Assembly (NCBI GenBank): GCA_045659025.1
Contig: JAZOWA010000034.1
Location: 24,151 to 88,150 of the forward strand
DNA: 64,000 bases
Reading direction: 5' to 3'
Source of the DNA: Clostridia bacterium
GTDB lineage: Bacteria; Bacillota; Clostridia; UMGS1810
Every line of letters begins with the position of its first letter. The first letter of the stretch is position 1. Below are positions 8,521 through 18,027 of the stretch, in pieces. The translations under genes were made by a program, and so were the position numbers. A model generated the notes under the pieces. It had not been told where the DNA came from, made no database searches, and saw only the letters and a list, made by a program, of their open reading frames with translations.

Positions 8521-10077
8521 ATGATGAAGATGAAAAAATCAGCGAAAATATGGATAGCGGTAAGTATCGCATTGGTGATGCTTGCCCTTATTTTGCTACT
8601 TATATTTAATGGCAGGATTTACTACGGCATATCCGCAGGCGGAGTGGATATAGGTGGCAGGACCCGTGCAGAGGCAGAGCAGATTCTTGACAGTACAGAT
8701 TTCTTTGCCAATATGCCTCAATTTGAGTGTAACGGTGTCACCTTCTCCGCTGCCGCTGATGAGCTGGGCATATCCTGGGATAGCAAGGCTACGGCAGAGA
8801 GGGCATACCAATACGGCAGAGGGGGTAATGTGCTCAATCGTATTGCTGGTATATACCGCCTTATGTTCACCCCTGCAGATATTCCCATAGAGATTGAGAT
8901 TGACGAGGCTAAGCTAAATGCTGTGCTTGATAACTATATCAAAGACCTCCGCACTCCCGCCACCGAACCCCTTTCCCGTCTTGAAGGTGATAAAATCTTC
9001 ATCACAAACGGCAGGGAAGGGGTGGATGTGAGCATTGCAAAGCTTGAAAAGGATCTGTCCGATTTTATATATAATAAGGAAGAAAAGATTGTCCTCACTC
9101 TTGAGATGACCAATCCCACCACCTTAACAGCAGAGGAACTCCGCAATAAATTTGCCACTCTGCCCGTCGATGCTACGTATTCTGTGTCAAACCTGCGCAT
9201 ATCCTACACCTCAAGTAAAAACGGTGTGGAGTTTGATGTGCGCGAAGCGGATAGGATATTAAAGGATAATGCCGATAACCTCAACGAGTATTTCATTCCC
9301 GTCACCATAATTCCACCTGAGCACACCATAGAATCTCTTGATAAATCCCTGTTCGGCGATTGCCTTGGCACCTATACTTCAAAGTACAATCCTGCAGAGA
9401 AGGGCAGAACGAAGAACGTCACCCTCGCCGCATCAAAGATAAACAATATTGTGCTGGGTAAGGGGGATGTGTTTTCCTATAACGCTATAGTGGGAGAAAG
9501 AACTGCAAAGCGTGGATTCACCCCCGCCAAGGTGTATTCGGGCGGTGTGGTGGCAGAGGGGCTTGGCGGCGGAGTGTGTCAGGTATCATCCACTTTATAC
9601 AATGCCGTGTTGTATGCAGACCTTGAAGTTATAAGTCGGACGGGGCACTCCCTGCCCGTTACCTATGTCCCCTTGGGAAGGGATGCCACCGTGTCCTACG
9701 GTGATATAGATTTCAGATTCTCCAACCCCAATGGCAGTTATGTCAGGATAACCTCTTCCGTAGGTGGCGGAGTACTTACTGTATCGGTGTGGGGGAGAAG
9801 GGTTGAGGATAAGAAGGTGGAAATCCGCACAGAACGGGTGAGTACAATTCCTTTTTCTGTCAAGGAAGAAGAGGACACCACAATCCCCTATGGTGAGCAT
9901 AAGGTCAAGCAGACGGGCAGGGACGGAGCAGAGGTAAACACATATAAGACGGTGATTGAAAATGGGAAAGCAGTGTATACCAAACTCCTGCACCGCAGCA
10001 CCTACAATCCCATAGATCAGATAAACCTTGTCCACCCGAAACCACCCCCTGACGAACCACTAACCTCCGCAAACTGA
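8521..10077 (+). CDS. VanW family protein with C-terminal G5-like domain
   Basis: It has an N-terminal TM helix, the VanW core GGGVCQVSSTLYNAVLYADLEV, and a C-terminal G5-like segment (YGEHKVKQTGRDGAEVNTYK). The start is moved to the MMKMKK cluster. Confidence 0.8.
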   Translation: MMKMKKSAKIWIAVSIALVMLALILLLIFNGRIYYGISAGGVDIGGRTRAEAEQILDSTDFFANMPQFECNGVTFSAAADELGISWDSKATAERAYQYGRGGNVLNRIAGIYRLMFTPADIPIEIEIDEAKLNAVLDNYIKDLRTPATEPLSRLEGDKIFITNGREGVDVSIAKLEKDLSDFIYNKEEKIVLTLEMTNPTTLTAEELRNKFATLPVDATYSVSNLRISYTSSKNGVEFDVREADRILKDNADNLNEYFIPVTIIPPEHTIESLDKSLFGDCLGTYTSKYNPAEKGRTKNVTLAASKINNIVLGKGDVFSYNAIVGERTAKRGFTPAKVYSGGVVAEGLGGGVCQVSSTLYNAVLYADLEVISRTGHSLPVTYVPLGRDATVSYGDIDFRFSNPNGSYVRITSSVGGGVLTVSVWGRRVEDKKVEIRTERVSTIPFSVKEEEDTTIPYGEHKVKQTGRDGAEVNTYKTVIENGKAVYTKLLHRSTYNPIDQINLVHPKPPPDEPLTSAN

Positions 10078-10098
10078 TGGCAAAAACGATAAAAAGCA

Positions 10099-10128
10099 CC
10101 GCCCATATTCACTTTATGGGCGGTTTTT
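10099..10128 (+). terminator. Intrinsic terminator after VanW gene
   Basis: Stem CCGCCCATA/TATGGGCGG followed by a T5 run. Confidence 0.8.
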
Positions 10129-10279
10129 GTGCAACTTTTTATGTCAATATTTGTCAAAAACCGTAATCTGCCAAATTTTTTCACAATTTTTATAAAAAAA
10201 TTGCTTTTTATCCTTGCAAATTGAACAAAAAAATAGTATTATGTATTGTAGAGGTGTATTTTATAAATGAGGTGATATT

Positions 10280-11365
10280 TTGAACACAAGATATTTTCAG
10301 CAGATAACACGTCAGTTCAAGGATGCTATGGGCAGAGACGTGGGCATTATTTTGGAGGGCACAGTCATTTCCAGCACTGAAGGTATAATTTCAGATGCTG
10401 ATTTGGAATGCGTTCTTAATTTTGCCAACGATAATCTCGATACCTTTGCATACAGTGGGTTCACATACCGCAGTGTGCAGGAAATGGGCAAGGTGGATTT
10501 CATAGTATTCGTACAGGGTGATGATGCTATGTCAAGAAGCTTTGCAGAGATTCTCAAGATTAACTTCTCTTCCATCAAGGCTCTTTATGACGATAAATAC
10601 AATCACATCAATTTTATAAAGAACTTCCTTTTGGACAACGTATTGCCGGGGGATGTGCTTGCCAAGGCGGCAGAGCTTCATCTTCCCATTGATGCATACA
10701 GAGCAGTATTCCTTATCCGTTCTGAGAATACGGGAGATTTCTCCGTGCTTGAGATTTTGGAGAATATGTTCCCCAATAAGAATTCCGACTACATAGTAAA
10801 TATTGACGGCACAGATATTGCCCTTGTCAAGGAGTTTGAGGAAGAGGTTGATCTCAAGACCTTGCAGGCCCTTGCCAAGGAGATAGCCGACACCGTCACC
10901 TCCGAGGCATTGGTTAAGAAGGTGAATATCGGTATTGGCACCCTCATTTCCAATATCAAAGAGATTGCCGCATCCTATAAAGAGGCACAGATTGCCCTTG
11001 AGGTTGGCAAGGTGTTTGAGGATGAGAAGCATATAGTAAGTTATGAGGATCTGGGTATAGGTCGTCTTATCTATCAGCTTCCCACCACATTGTGTCAGCT
11101 TTTCCTGGGCGAGGTGTTCAAGAAGGGCTCTATCAACGAGCTTGATAGCGAAATTATAGAGACTATCAAGAAGTTCTTTGAGAATAACCTCAACGTGTCC
11201 GAAACTTCAAGACAGCTCTACGTTCACAGAAATACCCTCGTTTACCGCCTTGATAAAATCCAGAAGATTACAGGCCTTGACCTTCGTATCTTTGATGAGG
11301 CAATCATCTTCAAGGTGGCAATGATGGTTAATAAATACTTAAAGACCACATCCTTAAAAATCTGA
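10280..11365 (+). CDS. PucR/CdaR-family transcriptional regulator
   Basis: The C-terminal HTH SETSRQLYVHRNTLVYRLDKIQKITGLD is typical of PucR_C. It uses a TTG start with RBS GAGGTG. Confidence 0.75.
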   Translation: MNTRYFQQITRQFKDAMGRDVGIILEGTVISSTEGIISDADLECVLNFANDNLDTFAYSGFTYRSVQEMGKVDFIVFVQGDDAMSRSFAEILKINFSSIKALYDDKYNHINFIKNFLLDNVLPGDVLAKAAELHLPIDAYRAVFLIRSENTGDFSVLEILENMFPNKNSDYIVNIDGTDIALVKEFEEEVDLKTLQALAKEIADTVTSEALVKKVNIGIGTLISNIKEIAASYKEAQIALEVGKVFEDEKHIVSYEDLGIGRLIYQLPTTLCQLFLGEVFKKGSINELDSEIIETIKKFFENNLNVSETSRQLYVHRNTLVYRLDKIQKITGLDLRIFDEAIIFKVAMMVNKYLKTTSLKI

Positions 11366-11433
11366 GGTAGTCTCTACGGACAGGCCTTATACGGGGATGT
11401 CCTCTGGAGTGACCTTATTAACTGAGGTGTAAT

Positions 11434-12120
11434 ATGATATTGTTGGAGAATGTGTCTAAGACGTACGACAACGGCGTTCAGGCACTACGTGATGTTAATT
11501 TGTTTATAGAAAAGGGTGAGTTTGTATTCCTGGTTGGCTCATCAGCGGCAGGAAAATCCACCCTTGTAAAGCTTATGCTTAAAGAGATAGAACCCACCAC
11601 GGGTAATATCGTTATCAATAACGTTGATGTCGGTGGACTCACCCGCAGGGACGTTCCCTTCTACAGACGCAAGATAGGCGTAGTATTTCAGGACTTCCGC
11701 CTTTTGCCCAATAAGACGGCGTATGATAATATTGCCTATGCCATGGAGATTGTAGGTGCATCCCGCAGAGAAATCCGCACTCAGGTGCCCAATGTTCTCA
11801 GTATGGTAGGTCTCACCCACAAGGCGAATATGTATCCCAACGAACTTTCAGGTGGTGAACAGCAGAGGGTGTCTATTGCCCGTGCTATTGTAAATAACCC
11901 TGCCGTGCTTATTGCGGACGAGCCCACGGGTAACCTTGACCCGATCACTGCCAAGGGCATAATGGAGATTATGGATGCCATTAACAGACGTGGCACCACT
12001 ATTGTTATGTCCACCCATGCCAAGGATATAGTAAACACCATGCAGAAGCGTGTTATCCACGTGGAAGGCGGAGCAATCACTCATGACGAGAAAAGGGGTG
12101 GATACGTATATGCCGATTAG
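11434..12120 (+). CDS. ftsE: Cell division ATP-binding protein FtsE
   Basis: Walker A GSSAAGKST, ABC signature LSGGEQQRV and Walker B LIADEPT; 228 aa. Confidence 0.9.
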   Translation: MILLENVSKTYDNGVQALRDVNLFIEKGEFVFLVGSSAAGKSTLVKLMLKEIEPTTGNIVINNVDVGGLTRRDVPFYRRKIGVVFQDFRLLPNKTAYDNIAYAMEIVGASRREIRTQVPNVLSMVGLTHKANMYPNELSGGEQQRVSIARAIVNNPAVLIADEPTGNLDPITAKGIMEIMDAINRRGTTIVMSTHAKDIVNTMQKRVIHVEGGAITHDEKRGGYVYAD

Positions 12121-13006
12121 AATGTTCAGACGCTTCACCCGTGAAGCCTTCGATAATATTTTCAAAAACAGTCTTATGAGCATCGCATCACTTTTCATCA
12201 TCACCGCTTGCCTCTTTGTGTTTGGTGTGTTCCTGCTCGTTACTGTTAATATCAATTCCTTCAGCGCTCAGGTGGCAGACCAGTGTCAGATTCAGGTGTA
12301 TATCACCAAGGAAGCCACGGAGGGCGGTATGATACAGAGTATCAGTAATTCCATCCGTTCTATAGAGGGTGTTACCAACCTCACCTTTGAAAAAGGCGAG
12401 GAGACCTTTGCCAAGTTCAAGGCAGGCCTTTCCGAGGAGGAACTGGTATCATACAGCGGTTTGCCTGATGATATAATCGACGATTCCTTCAAGGTGACTC
12501 TCAAAGACATCTCCGAGACTCAGGCAAAGGCAGAGGAGATATCAAAGATCAGCGGAGTTCACAGAGTAGAGAACAGACAGGATATGATAAATATCGTGTA
12601 CTCTCTTACTGATGCGGTGCGTCACATTTCTGTATGGATTATAATTATATTTATGTTCATAAGCATATTTATAATTTCCAACACAATCAAGCTTGCACTT
12701 CATTCAAGACGCAAGGAAATCAATATTATGAAATACGTAGGTGCTACTGATGCTTTCATCAGATGGCCCTTCATGATAGAGGGTATGATAGTAGGCTTTG
12801 CAGGTGCGATTGTGGCATTCTTCATAGTCCAGTCCTGCTATGCTGCAGGTATGTCTGCATTAAGCGCAATCCCTGCGGGTGCAATCGTAGCCCTCAGACA
12901 GTTCGGTGATATCTGGCACCTTATCCTCATCCCATTTATTGGTGTGGGTGTGCTTATCGGTGCATTGGGTAGCGCCCTTTCAATCAGGAAGTACTTGCAG
13001 GTATAA
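12110..13006 (+). CDS. ftsX: Cell division permease-like protein FtsX
   Basis: The ATG at 12110 overlaps the ftsE stop. The protein has a TM helix, an extracellular domain, then three more TM helices. Confidence 0.85.
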   Translation: MPIRMFRRFTREAFDNIFKNSLMSIASLFIITACLFVFGVFLLVTVNINSFSAQVADQCQIQVYITKEATEGGMIQSISNSIRSIEGVTNLTFEKGEETFAKFKAGLSEEELVSYSGLPDDIIDDSFKVTLKDISETQAKAEEISKISGVHRVENRQDMINIVYSLTDAVRHISVWIIIIFMFISIFIISNTIKLALHSRRKEINIMKYVGATDAFIRWPFMIEGMIVGFAGAIVAFFIVQSCYAAGMSALSAIPAGAIVALRQFGDIWHLILIPFIGVGVLIGALGSALSIRKYLQV

Positions 13007-13042
13007 TTCCCCGCACAGATACAATTTCAAAGGAGAAAGCTT

Positions 13043-14191
13043 ATGCGCAACAGAAAATTCGTTAAAGTCCTCGCCTGGATTGCTCTTATCGCTTTTTTGG
13101 CAGTGACGGTTCTTTCTGTTATCCCATATAGCGGAAGTGCCGCCTCCGCACAGGAGAGGTTGCAGAACGCGCAAAAGAAACAGCAGGAGCTTAATAAACG
13201 CCTTAACGATAATAAGGCCAAGAAGAAGCAGGAACAGGCGGTGAAATCCCGTATTGATAAAGACGTTGCTTCTGTTCAGGCGGAGATTGATGCCCTTGAT
13301 GCACAGATAGAGGAGATTAACGACCGGGTTGAGGCCAAGGAGGCAGAACTCGCTGCCGCTCACGAGAAGAGCAACCAACAGTTTGAGTCATATAAGCAGA
13401 GGGTTAAGCTCATTGTGGAAAAAGGCTCAATCACATATCTCGAGGTGCTTCTCAAGGCAAATTCGTTGGAAGATTTCTTCATCCGTATGGACGTAGTTGA
13501 GCAGATAGCGGCTTATGATAATAATCTTTTGGCATCTCTTAAAGAGAATGAGCAGACTATCGAGGCGCTCAAGCTTGAGATAGAGAACGAGCGTGCAGAA
13601 GTAGAAGCGGTTATGCAGCAGAGCCTTTCCAAAAAGAGGGTTCTCGTGGATAAGAAGGCTGCAAGCCAGAAAATCTTGAATGACCTTGCCGCAAGGGAGA
13701 AAGAGATTACCAACGAGATGCGTAAGGCCAAAGAGGCCGAGTTGGCGGCCCAGAGAGAGATCGCCCGACTGGTTTCAGGTGATACTTCCCAGTATGTGGG
13801 TGGAAAGTTCTTGTGGCCCTCTACAAATTCATACAGAATCACATCACCCTATAGTATGCGAGTTCACCCCACACTGGGCGTGTATAAACAGCATACGGGT
13901 ATTGATATAGGTGCTTCCTATGGTACCGACGTACTTGCCGCAGCAGACGGCACAGTAATCATCTCGGGCTACAACGTTGCCTGGGGTAACTACATAGTAA
14001 TCAATCACGGTGGCGGTCTTACCACCTTGTACGCTCATAATAGCCAGCTTTTAGTTAGCAAGGGCGCAAAGGTGTCAAGAGGTCAGGTGATTGCCAAGGT
14101 TGGTTCTACGGGATATTCCACAGGTCCTCACATTCACTTTGAGGTGCAGATTAACGGTAAACCCACCAACCCAATGTCATATCTGCAGTAA
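13043..14191 (+). CDS. Coiled-coil M23 (LytM) peptidoglycan hydrolase/activator, EnvC/PcsB-like
   Basis: It has a signal/TM segment, a long coiled coil, and a C-terminal M23 core (HTGIDIG...GPHIHFEV). It lies directly after ftsEX. Confidence 0.85.
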   Translation: MRNRKFVKVLAWIALIAFLAVTVLSVIPYSGSAASAQERLQNAQKKQQELNKRLNDNKAKKKQEQAVKSRIDKDVASVQAEIDALDAQIEEINDRVEAKEAELAAAHEKSNQQFESYKQRVKLIVEKGSITYLEVLLKANSLEDFFIRMDVVEQIAAYDNNLLASLKENEQTIEALKLEIENERAEVEAVMQQSLSKKRVLVDKKAASQKILNDLAAREKEITNEMRKAKEAELAAQREIARLVSGDTSQYVGGKFLWPSTNSYRITSPYSMRVHPTLGVYKQHTGIDIGASYGTDVLAAADGTVIISGYNVAWGNYIVINHGGGLTTLYAHNSQLLVSKGAKVSRGQVIAKVGSTGYSTGPHIHFEVQINGKPTNPMSYLQ

Positions 14192-14281
14192 ATTCACGGA
14201 CAGAGCATAATATATGTTCTGTCCGAATTATTGAATAATGTTATTTGAGTTGAATAGTAATAACTCAAGGAGAGTGAAACA

Positions 14282-15466
14282 ATGTCAAGAAGGAAACTCG
14301 TTATTATCACAGCACTTATAACCTTTGTGGTCACAACATTTGTCTTGGTGCTTGCCATAGGTGGCAATCTTGTTATATCTTCGTCATCCTTTGCCGACAG
14401 CAAGATGCAAAAACTCGGCAAGTTAGACGCCCTCATAGACAACTATTTCATATATGACTACAACAAGGAAAAAATGGCAGACATTTCTCTTTCCGGATAC
14501 GTCTATGGCTTGGGTGACCCCTATTCTTCATATATCAATAAGGAATCCTTTGCCAATATGAAGCAGTCTATGGAAGGCGATTATGTGGGTATCGGTGTAG
14601 AGATATTCATTGATAAGGATATGCTCATCACCGTAATCTCACCCTTTGACCATTCTCCCGCTGCCGATGCAGGTATCCTCCCCGGCGATAAGATCATTAA
14701 GGTAGGGGATAAGGACGTGGACTATTCCAACTATAACGAAGCTGTTAACCTCATCAAAGGTACAGGTAAAGAGGATGCAGACAAATCAGTCACTCTCACT
14801 ATAAAACGTGGTGAGGAAATCTTTGAGACGGAAGTAGAGCGTAAGAAGATAGTAGCCACCACTGCTCAGGGAAAGATGCTCTCCGACAATATCGGATATA
14901 TCCGACTTTCCAGTTTCGGGGATAAGACGGGTGACGAATTTAAGGAATGTGTGGCTGAACTTCGTTCCAAGCAGATGAAGGGTCTTATCATCGACCTTCG
15001 CAATAACCCCGGTGGCACTCTTGATAGTCTGGTGGAGGTAGCAGACTTCCTGATTCCCAAAGGCAATATAATCACTATTAAGGATAAGAAGGGCAAGGAG
15101 ACAAAACTTAATTCCGACGATAAAGAACTCAAACTCCCCATAGTTGCACTTATCAACGGCAATACCGCGAGTGCTTCCGAAGCCCTTGCAGGAGCTCTTG
15201 TTGATAGTAATAAGGGTGTGCTGGTGGGTGAGAAGACCTTTGGTAAGGGTAGTGTGCAGACCATATTTGAGCTTGGTGACGGCACCGCCTTCAAACTGAC
15301 CACCGCCAAATACTACACCCCCGGTGGCACCAGTATTGATAAAACGGGTATTTCGCCCACCCATGAGGTATCCCTTTCCGAGGATGTAAAAGACCTGCCC
15401 GTAAGCAACATTCCCTATGATAAAGACACCCAACTTAAGAAGGCAGTAGAAATTCTGAAAAAATAA
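14282..15466 (+). CDS. S41 C-terminal processing peptidase with PDZ domain
   Basis: It has a PDZ segment (PGDKIIKVGDKDV) and an S41 core (LRNNPGG, NGNTASASE, TFGKGSVQ). Confidence 0.9.
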   Translation: MSRRKLVIITALITFVVTTFVLVLAIGGNLVISSSSFADSKMQKLGKLDALIDNYFIYDYNKEKMADISLSGYVYGLGDPYSSYINKESFANMKQSMEGDYVGIGVEIFIDKDMLITVISPFDHSPAADAGILPGDKIIKVGDKDVDYSNYNEAVNLIKGTGKEDADKSVTLTIKRGEEIFETEVERKKIVATTAQGKMLSDNIGYIRLSSFGDKTGDEFKECVAELRSKQMKGLIIDLRNNPGGTLDSLVEVADFLIPKGNIITIKDKKGKETKLNSDDKELKLPIVALINGNTASASEALAGALVDSNKGVLVGEKTFGKGSVQTIFELGDGTAFKLTTAKYYTPGGTSIDKTGISPTHEVSLSEDVKDLPVSNIPYDKDTQLKKAVEILKK

Positions 15467-15618
15467 TTAAAAAAGTATTGCATTTTATATTTAACTATGA
15501 TAAAATGCTAAGGTAAAAAATACACACGCATATTGACTTTGAGGAAGTTGCCTTCCACTCGGCAGGTCTCTTTGGAGGACGATATATGCGGAGGTATAAA
15601 AAACAAGGAGGCATAAAA

Positions 15619-16359
15619 ATGTCAGTAATTTCAATGAAACAGCTTTTAGAAGCAGGTGTTCACTTTGGACACCAGACCAGAAGATGGAACCCCAAAATGG
15701 CAGAGTACATCTTCACAGAGAGAAATGGTATCTACATCATCAACTTGCAGAAGACCGTTAAAAAGGTTATCGAAGCATACAACTTCGTTAAGGAAGTTGC
15801 AGCAAACGGCGAAGAGATCCTTTTTGTAGGTACAAAGAAGCAGGCTCAGGACTCTATCAAAGAAGAGGCTGAGAGAGTAGGTATGTACTACGTTAACGCA
15901 AGATGGCTCGGCGGTATGCTCACCAACTTCAAGACAATCAGAAAGAGAATCGAACGTCTCAATCAGCTCGAGAAGATGGAAGCAGACGGCACATTTGAAC
16001 TTCTTCCCAAGAAGGAAGTTATCAAATTGAAGCTCGAAGCAGAGAAACTCACAAAGTACCTTGGCGGTATTAAAGAGATGAAGAAGCTTCCCGGCGCTAT
16101 GTTCGTAGTAGACCCCAAGAAAGAGAAGATTGCTATCGCAGAAGCTAAGAAATTGGGTATCCCCGTAGTAGCTATTGTTGATACCAACTGTGACCCCGAC
16201 GAAGTAGATTACGTAATCCCCGGTAACGATGACGCTATCCGTGCGGTTAAACTCATCGCTTCTACCATTGGTAACGCTATTATCGAAGGCAAGCAGGGTG
16301 AGCAGCTCGGTACTGCAGCAGATGCAGAGGAAGAGACTGTAGAAGAAGTACAGGAATAA
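15619..16359 (+). CDS. rpsB: 30S ribosomal protein S2
   Basis: [27 protein letters not shown], with RBS AAGGAGG 7 nt upstream of the ATG at 15619. Confidence 0.95.
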   Translation: MSVISMKQLLEAGVHFGHQTRRWNPKMAEYIFTERNGIYIINLQKTVKKVIEAYNFVKEVAANGEEILFVGTKKQAQDSIKEEAERVGMYYVNARWLGGMLTNFKTIRKRIERLNQLEKMEADGTFELLPKKEVIKLKLEAEKLTKYLGGIKEMKKLPGAMFVVDPKKEKIAIAEAKKLGIPVVAIVDTNCDPDEVDYVIPGNDDAIRAVKLIASTIGNAIIEGKQGEQLGTAADAEEETVEEVQE

Positions 16360-16406
16360 TCACGCGAGGGACTTTCCCTTGTAATTTACAATAGGAGGAA
16401 TAACCC

Positions 16407-17297
16407 ATGTTTACAGCACAGGACGTAAAAGAGCTCAGAGAGAGAACCGGTTGCGGTATGATGGACTGTAAAAAGGCCCTTACCGAGACAAACGGTGATT
16501 TTGATAAAGCAGTAGATTTCCTTAGAGAAAAAGGTCTCGCAACCGCTGCTAAGAAAGCAGGCAGAATTGCATCCGAGGGTCTTGTTGACATTCTCGTAGA
16601 GGGCAATGTTGGTGCAATGGTAGAGATCAACTCCGAGACAGACTTCGTTGCAAAGAACGATGAATTCAAGGATTTCGTTAAGAACGTTGCAAGACAGGTT
16701 ATCGCAACTAACCCTGCAGACCTGGATGCACTTTTGGAATCAAAATACATTGACGATGCATCCATCACCATCAAAGACCTTCTCACAGAGAAGATTGCAA
16801 AGATCGGTGAGAATATGAACATCCGTCGTTTCGCTCGTTATGAGGGTGGCGTTGTAGGTTATGTTCACGCTGCAGGCAGAATCGGTGTTATGGTTAAGGT
16901 TGAGGCAGACCTCAATGACGAGACCACCGCTGCTGCAAAAGACTGCGCTATGCAGATTGCTGCTATCAACCCCTTGTACAAAGATAGAGACAGCGTTCCC
17001 ACTGAGGATATCGAGAAGGAAAAGGCAATCATCGTGGCACAGATCAAAGAAGATCCCAAGAATGCTAACAAACCCGACGCCATCATCGAGAAGATGCTCG
17101 GCGGTAAGATCAACAAGTACTATGAGACCAACTGCCTTATTGAGCAGGCATTCGTTAAGGATGACAGCATCTCTGTTGGTAAGTACCTTGAATCCAAGGG
17201 CGTTAAGCTCGTTGACTATGTACGCTTCGAGAAGGGTGAAGGTCTTGAAAAGAAATCCGAGAACTTCGCAGACGAAGTTGCAAGCATGGTTAAATAA
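16407..17297 (+). CDS. tsf: Elongation factor Ts
   Basis: VKELRERTGCGMMDCKKAL N-terminus; follows rpsB. Confidence 0.95.
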   Translation: MFTAQDVKELRERTGCGMMDCKKALTETNGDFDKAVDFLREKGLATAAKKAGRIASEGLVDILVEGNVGAMVEINSETDFVAKNDEFKDFVKNVARQVIATNPADLDALLESKYIDDASITIKDLLTEKIAKIGENMNIRRFARYEGGVVGYVHAAGRIGVMVKVEADLNDETTAAAKDCAMQIAAINPLYKDRDSVPTEDIEKEKAIIVAQIKEDPKNANKPDAIIEKMLGGKINKYYETNCLIEQAFVKDDSISVGKYLESKGVKLVDYVRFEKGEGLEKKSENFADEVASMVK

Positions 17298-17314
17298 GAT
17301 AAAACCAATTATGA

Positions 17315-17345
17315 AAAGCGACTCTTACGGGTCGCTTTTTTGTTT
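17315..17345 (+). terminator. Intrinsic terminator after tsf
   Basis: Stem AAAGCGAC/GTCGCTTT followed by a T-run. Confidence 0.8.
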
Positions 17346-17418
17346 GCCAATAACTTGACGGAAAGGGCAAACAAGTATATAATTGTATATGATATTAAAA
17401 TATATAATGAGGTGCATT

Positions 17419-17991
17419 ATGGATATAATAGTTGCCACTAAGAATAAAGGTAAGATAAAGGAAATCAAGAAGATTTTAGGTAGTCACAATGTAATAAGTC
17501 AGGGCGAGGCAGGGATTGATATTGATGTGGAGGAAAACGGCTCCACCTTCGCTGAGAACGCTATGATAAAGGCAGAGGCAATCGCATCTCAGGTAGAGTG
17601 CGCAGTAATTGCCGACGATTCAGGTATAGAGGTGGATGCACTAAACGGTGCCCCGGGTATATATAGCGCCAGATACTGCGGGGAGGATGCCACCGACGAG
17701 GACAGGGTAGATAAACTTCTGGAGGAGATTAAAGATGCCCCCAATCGTGGTGCACAGTTCACCTGCGCTATTGCCCTTATTCTCCCCAATGGTGAGAGAC
17801 ACATCTTCAACGGCATTGTCCGTGGTACATTGGCATTTGAGCCAGTAGGGGAGAACGGTTTTGGCTATGACCCCATCTTCATCCCCGATGGATATGACAC
17901 CACCTTCGGTGTACTCGATAGCAATATCAAGGACGAAATCAGCCATCGTGCAAGAGCACTCCGAGCCCTTGCAGATTTTGTCGGACAATAA
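17419..17991 (+). CDS. rdgB: Non-canonical purine NTP pyrophosphatase (RdgB/HAM1)
   Basis: IVATKNKGKIKE N-terminus plus FGYDPIF motif. The start is moved to the ATG at 17419 after RBS GAGGTG. Confidence 0.9.
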   Translation: MDIIVATKNKGKIKEIKKILGSHNVISQGEAGIDIDVEENGSTFAENAMIKAEAIASQVECAVIADDSGIEVDALNGAPGIYSARYCGEDATDEDRVDKLLEEIKDAPNRGAQFTCAIALILPNGERHIFNGIVRGTLAFEPVGENGFGYDPIFIPDGYDTTFGVLDSNIKDEISHRARALRALADFVGQ

Positions 17992-18027
17992 TCGCCCTTT
18001 GTTTTTTGAGAAAGGAAAGATGACGAA

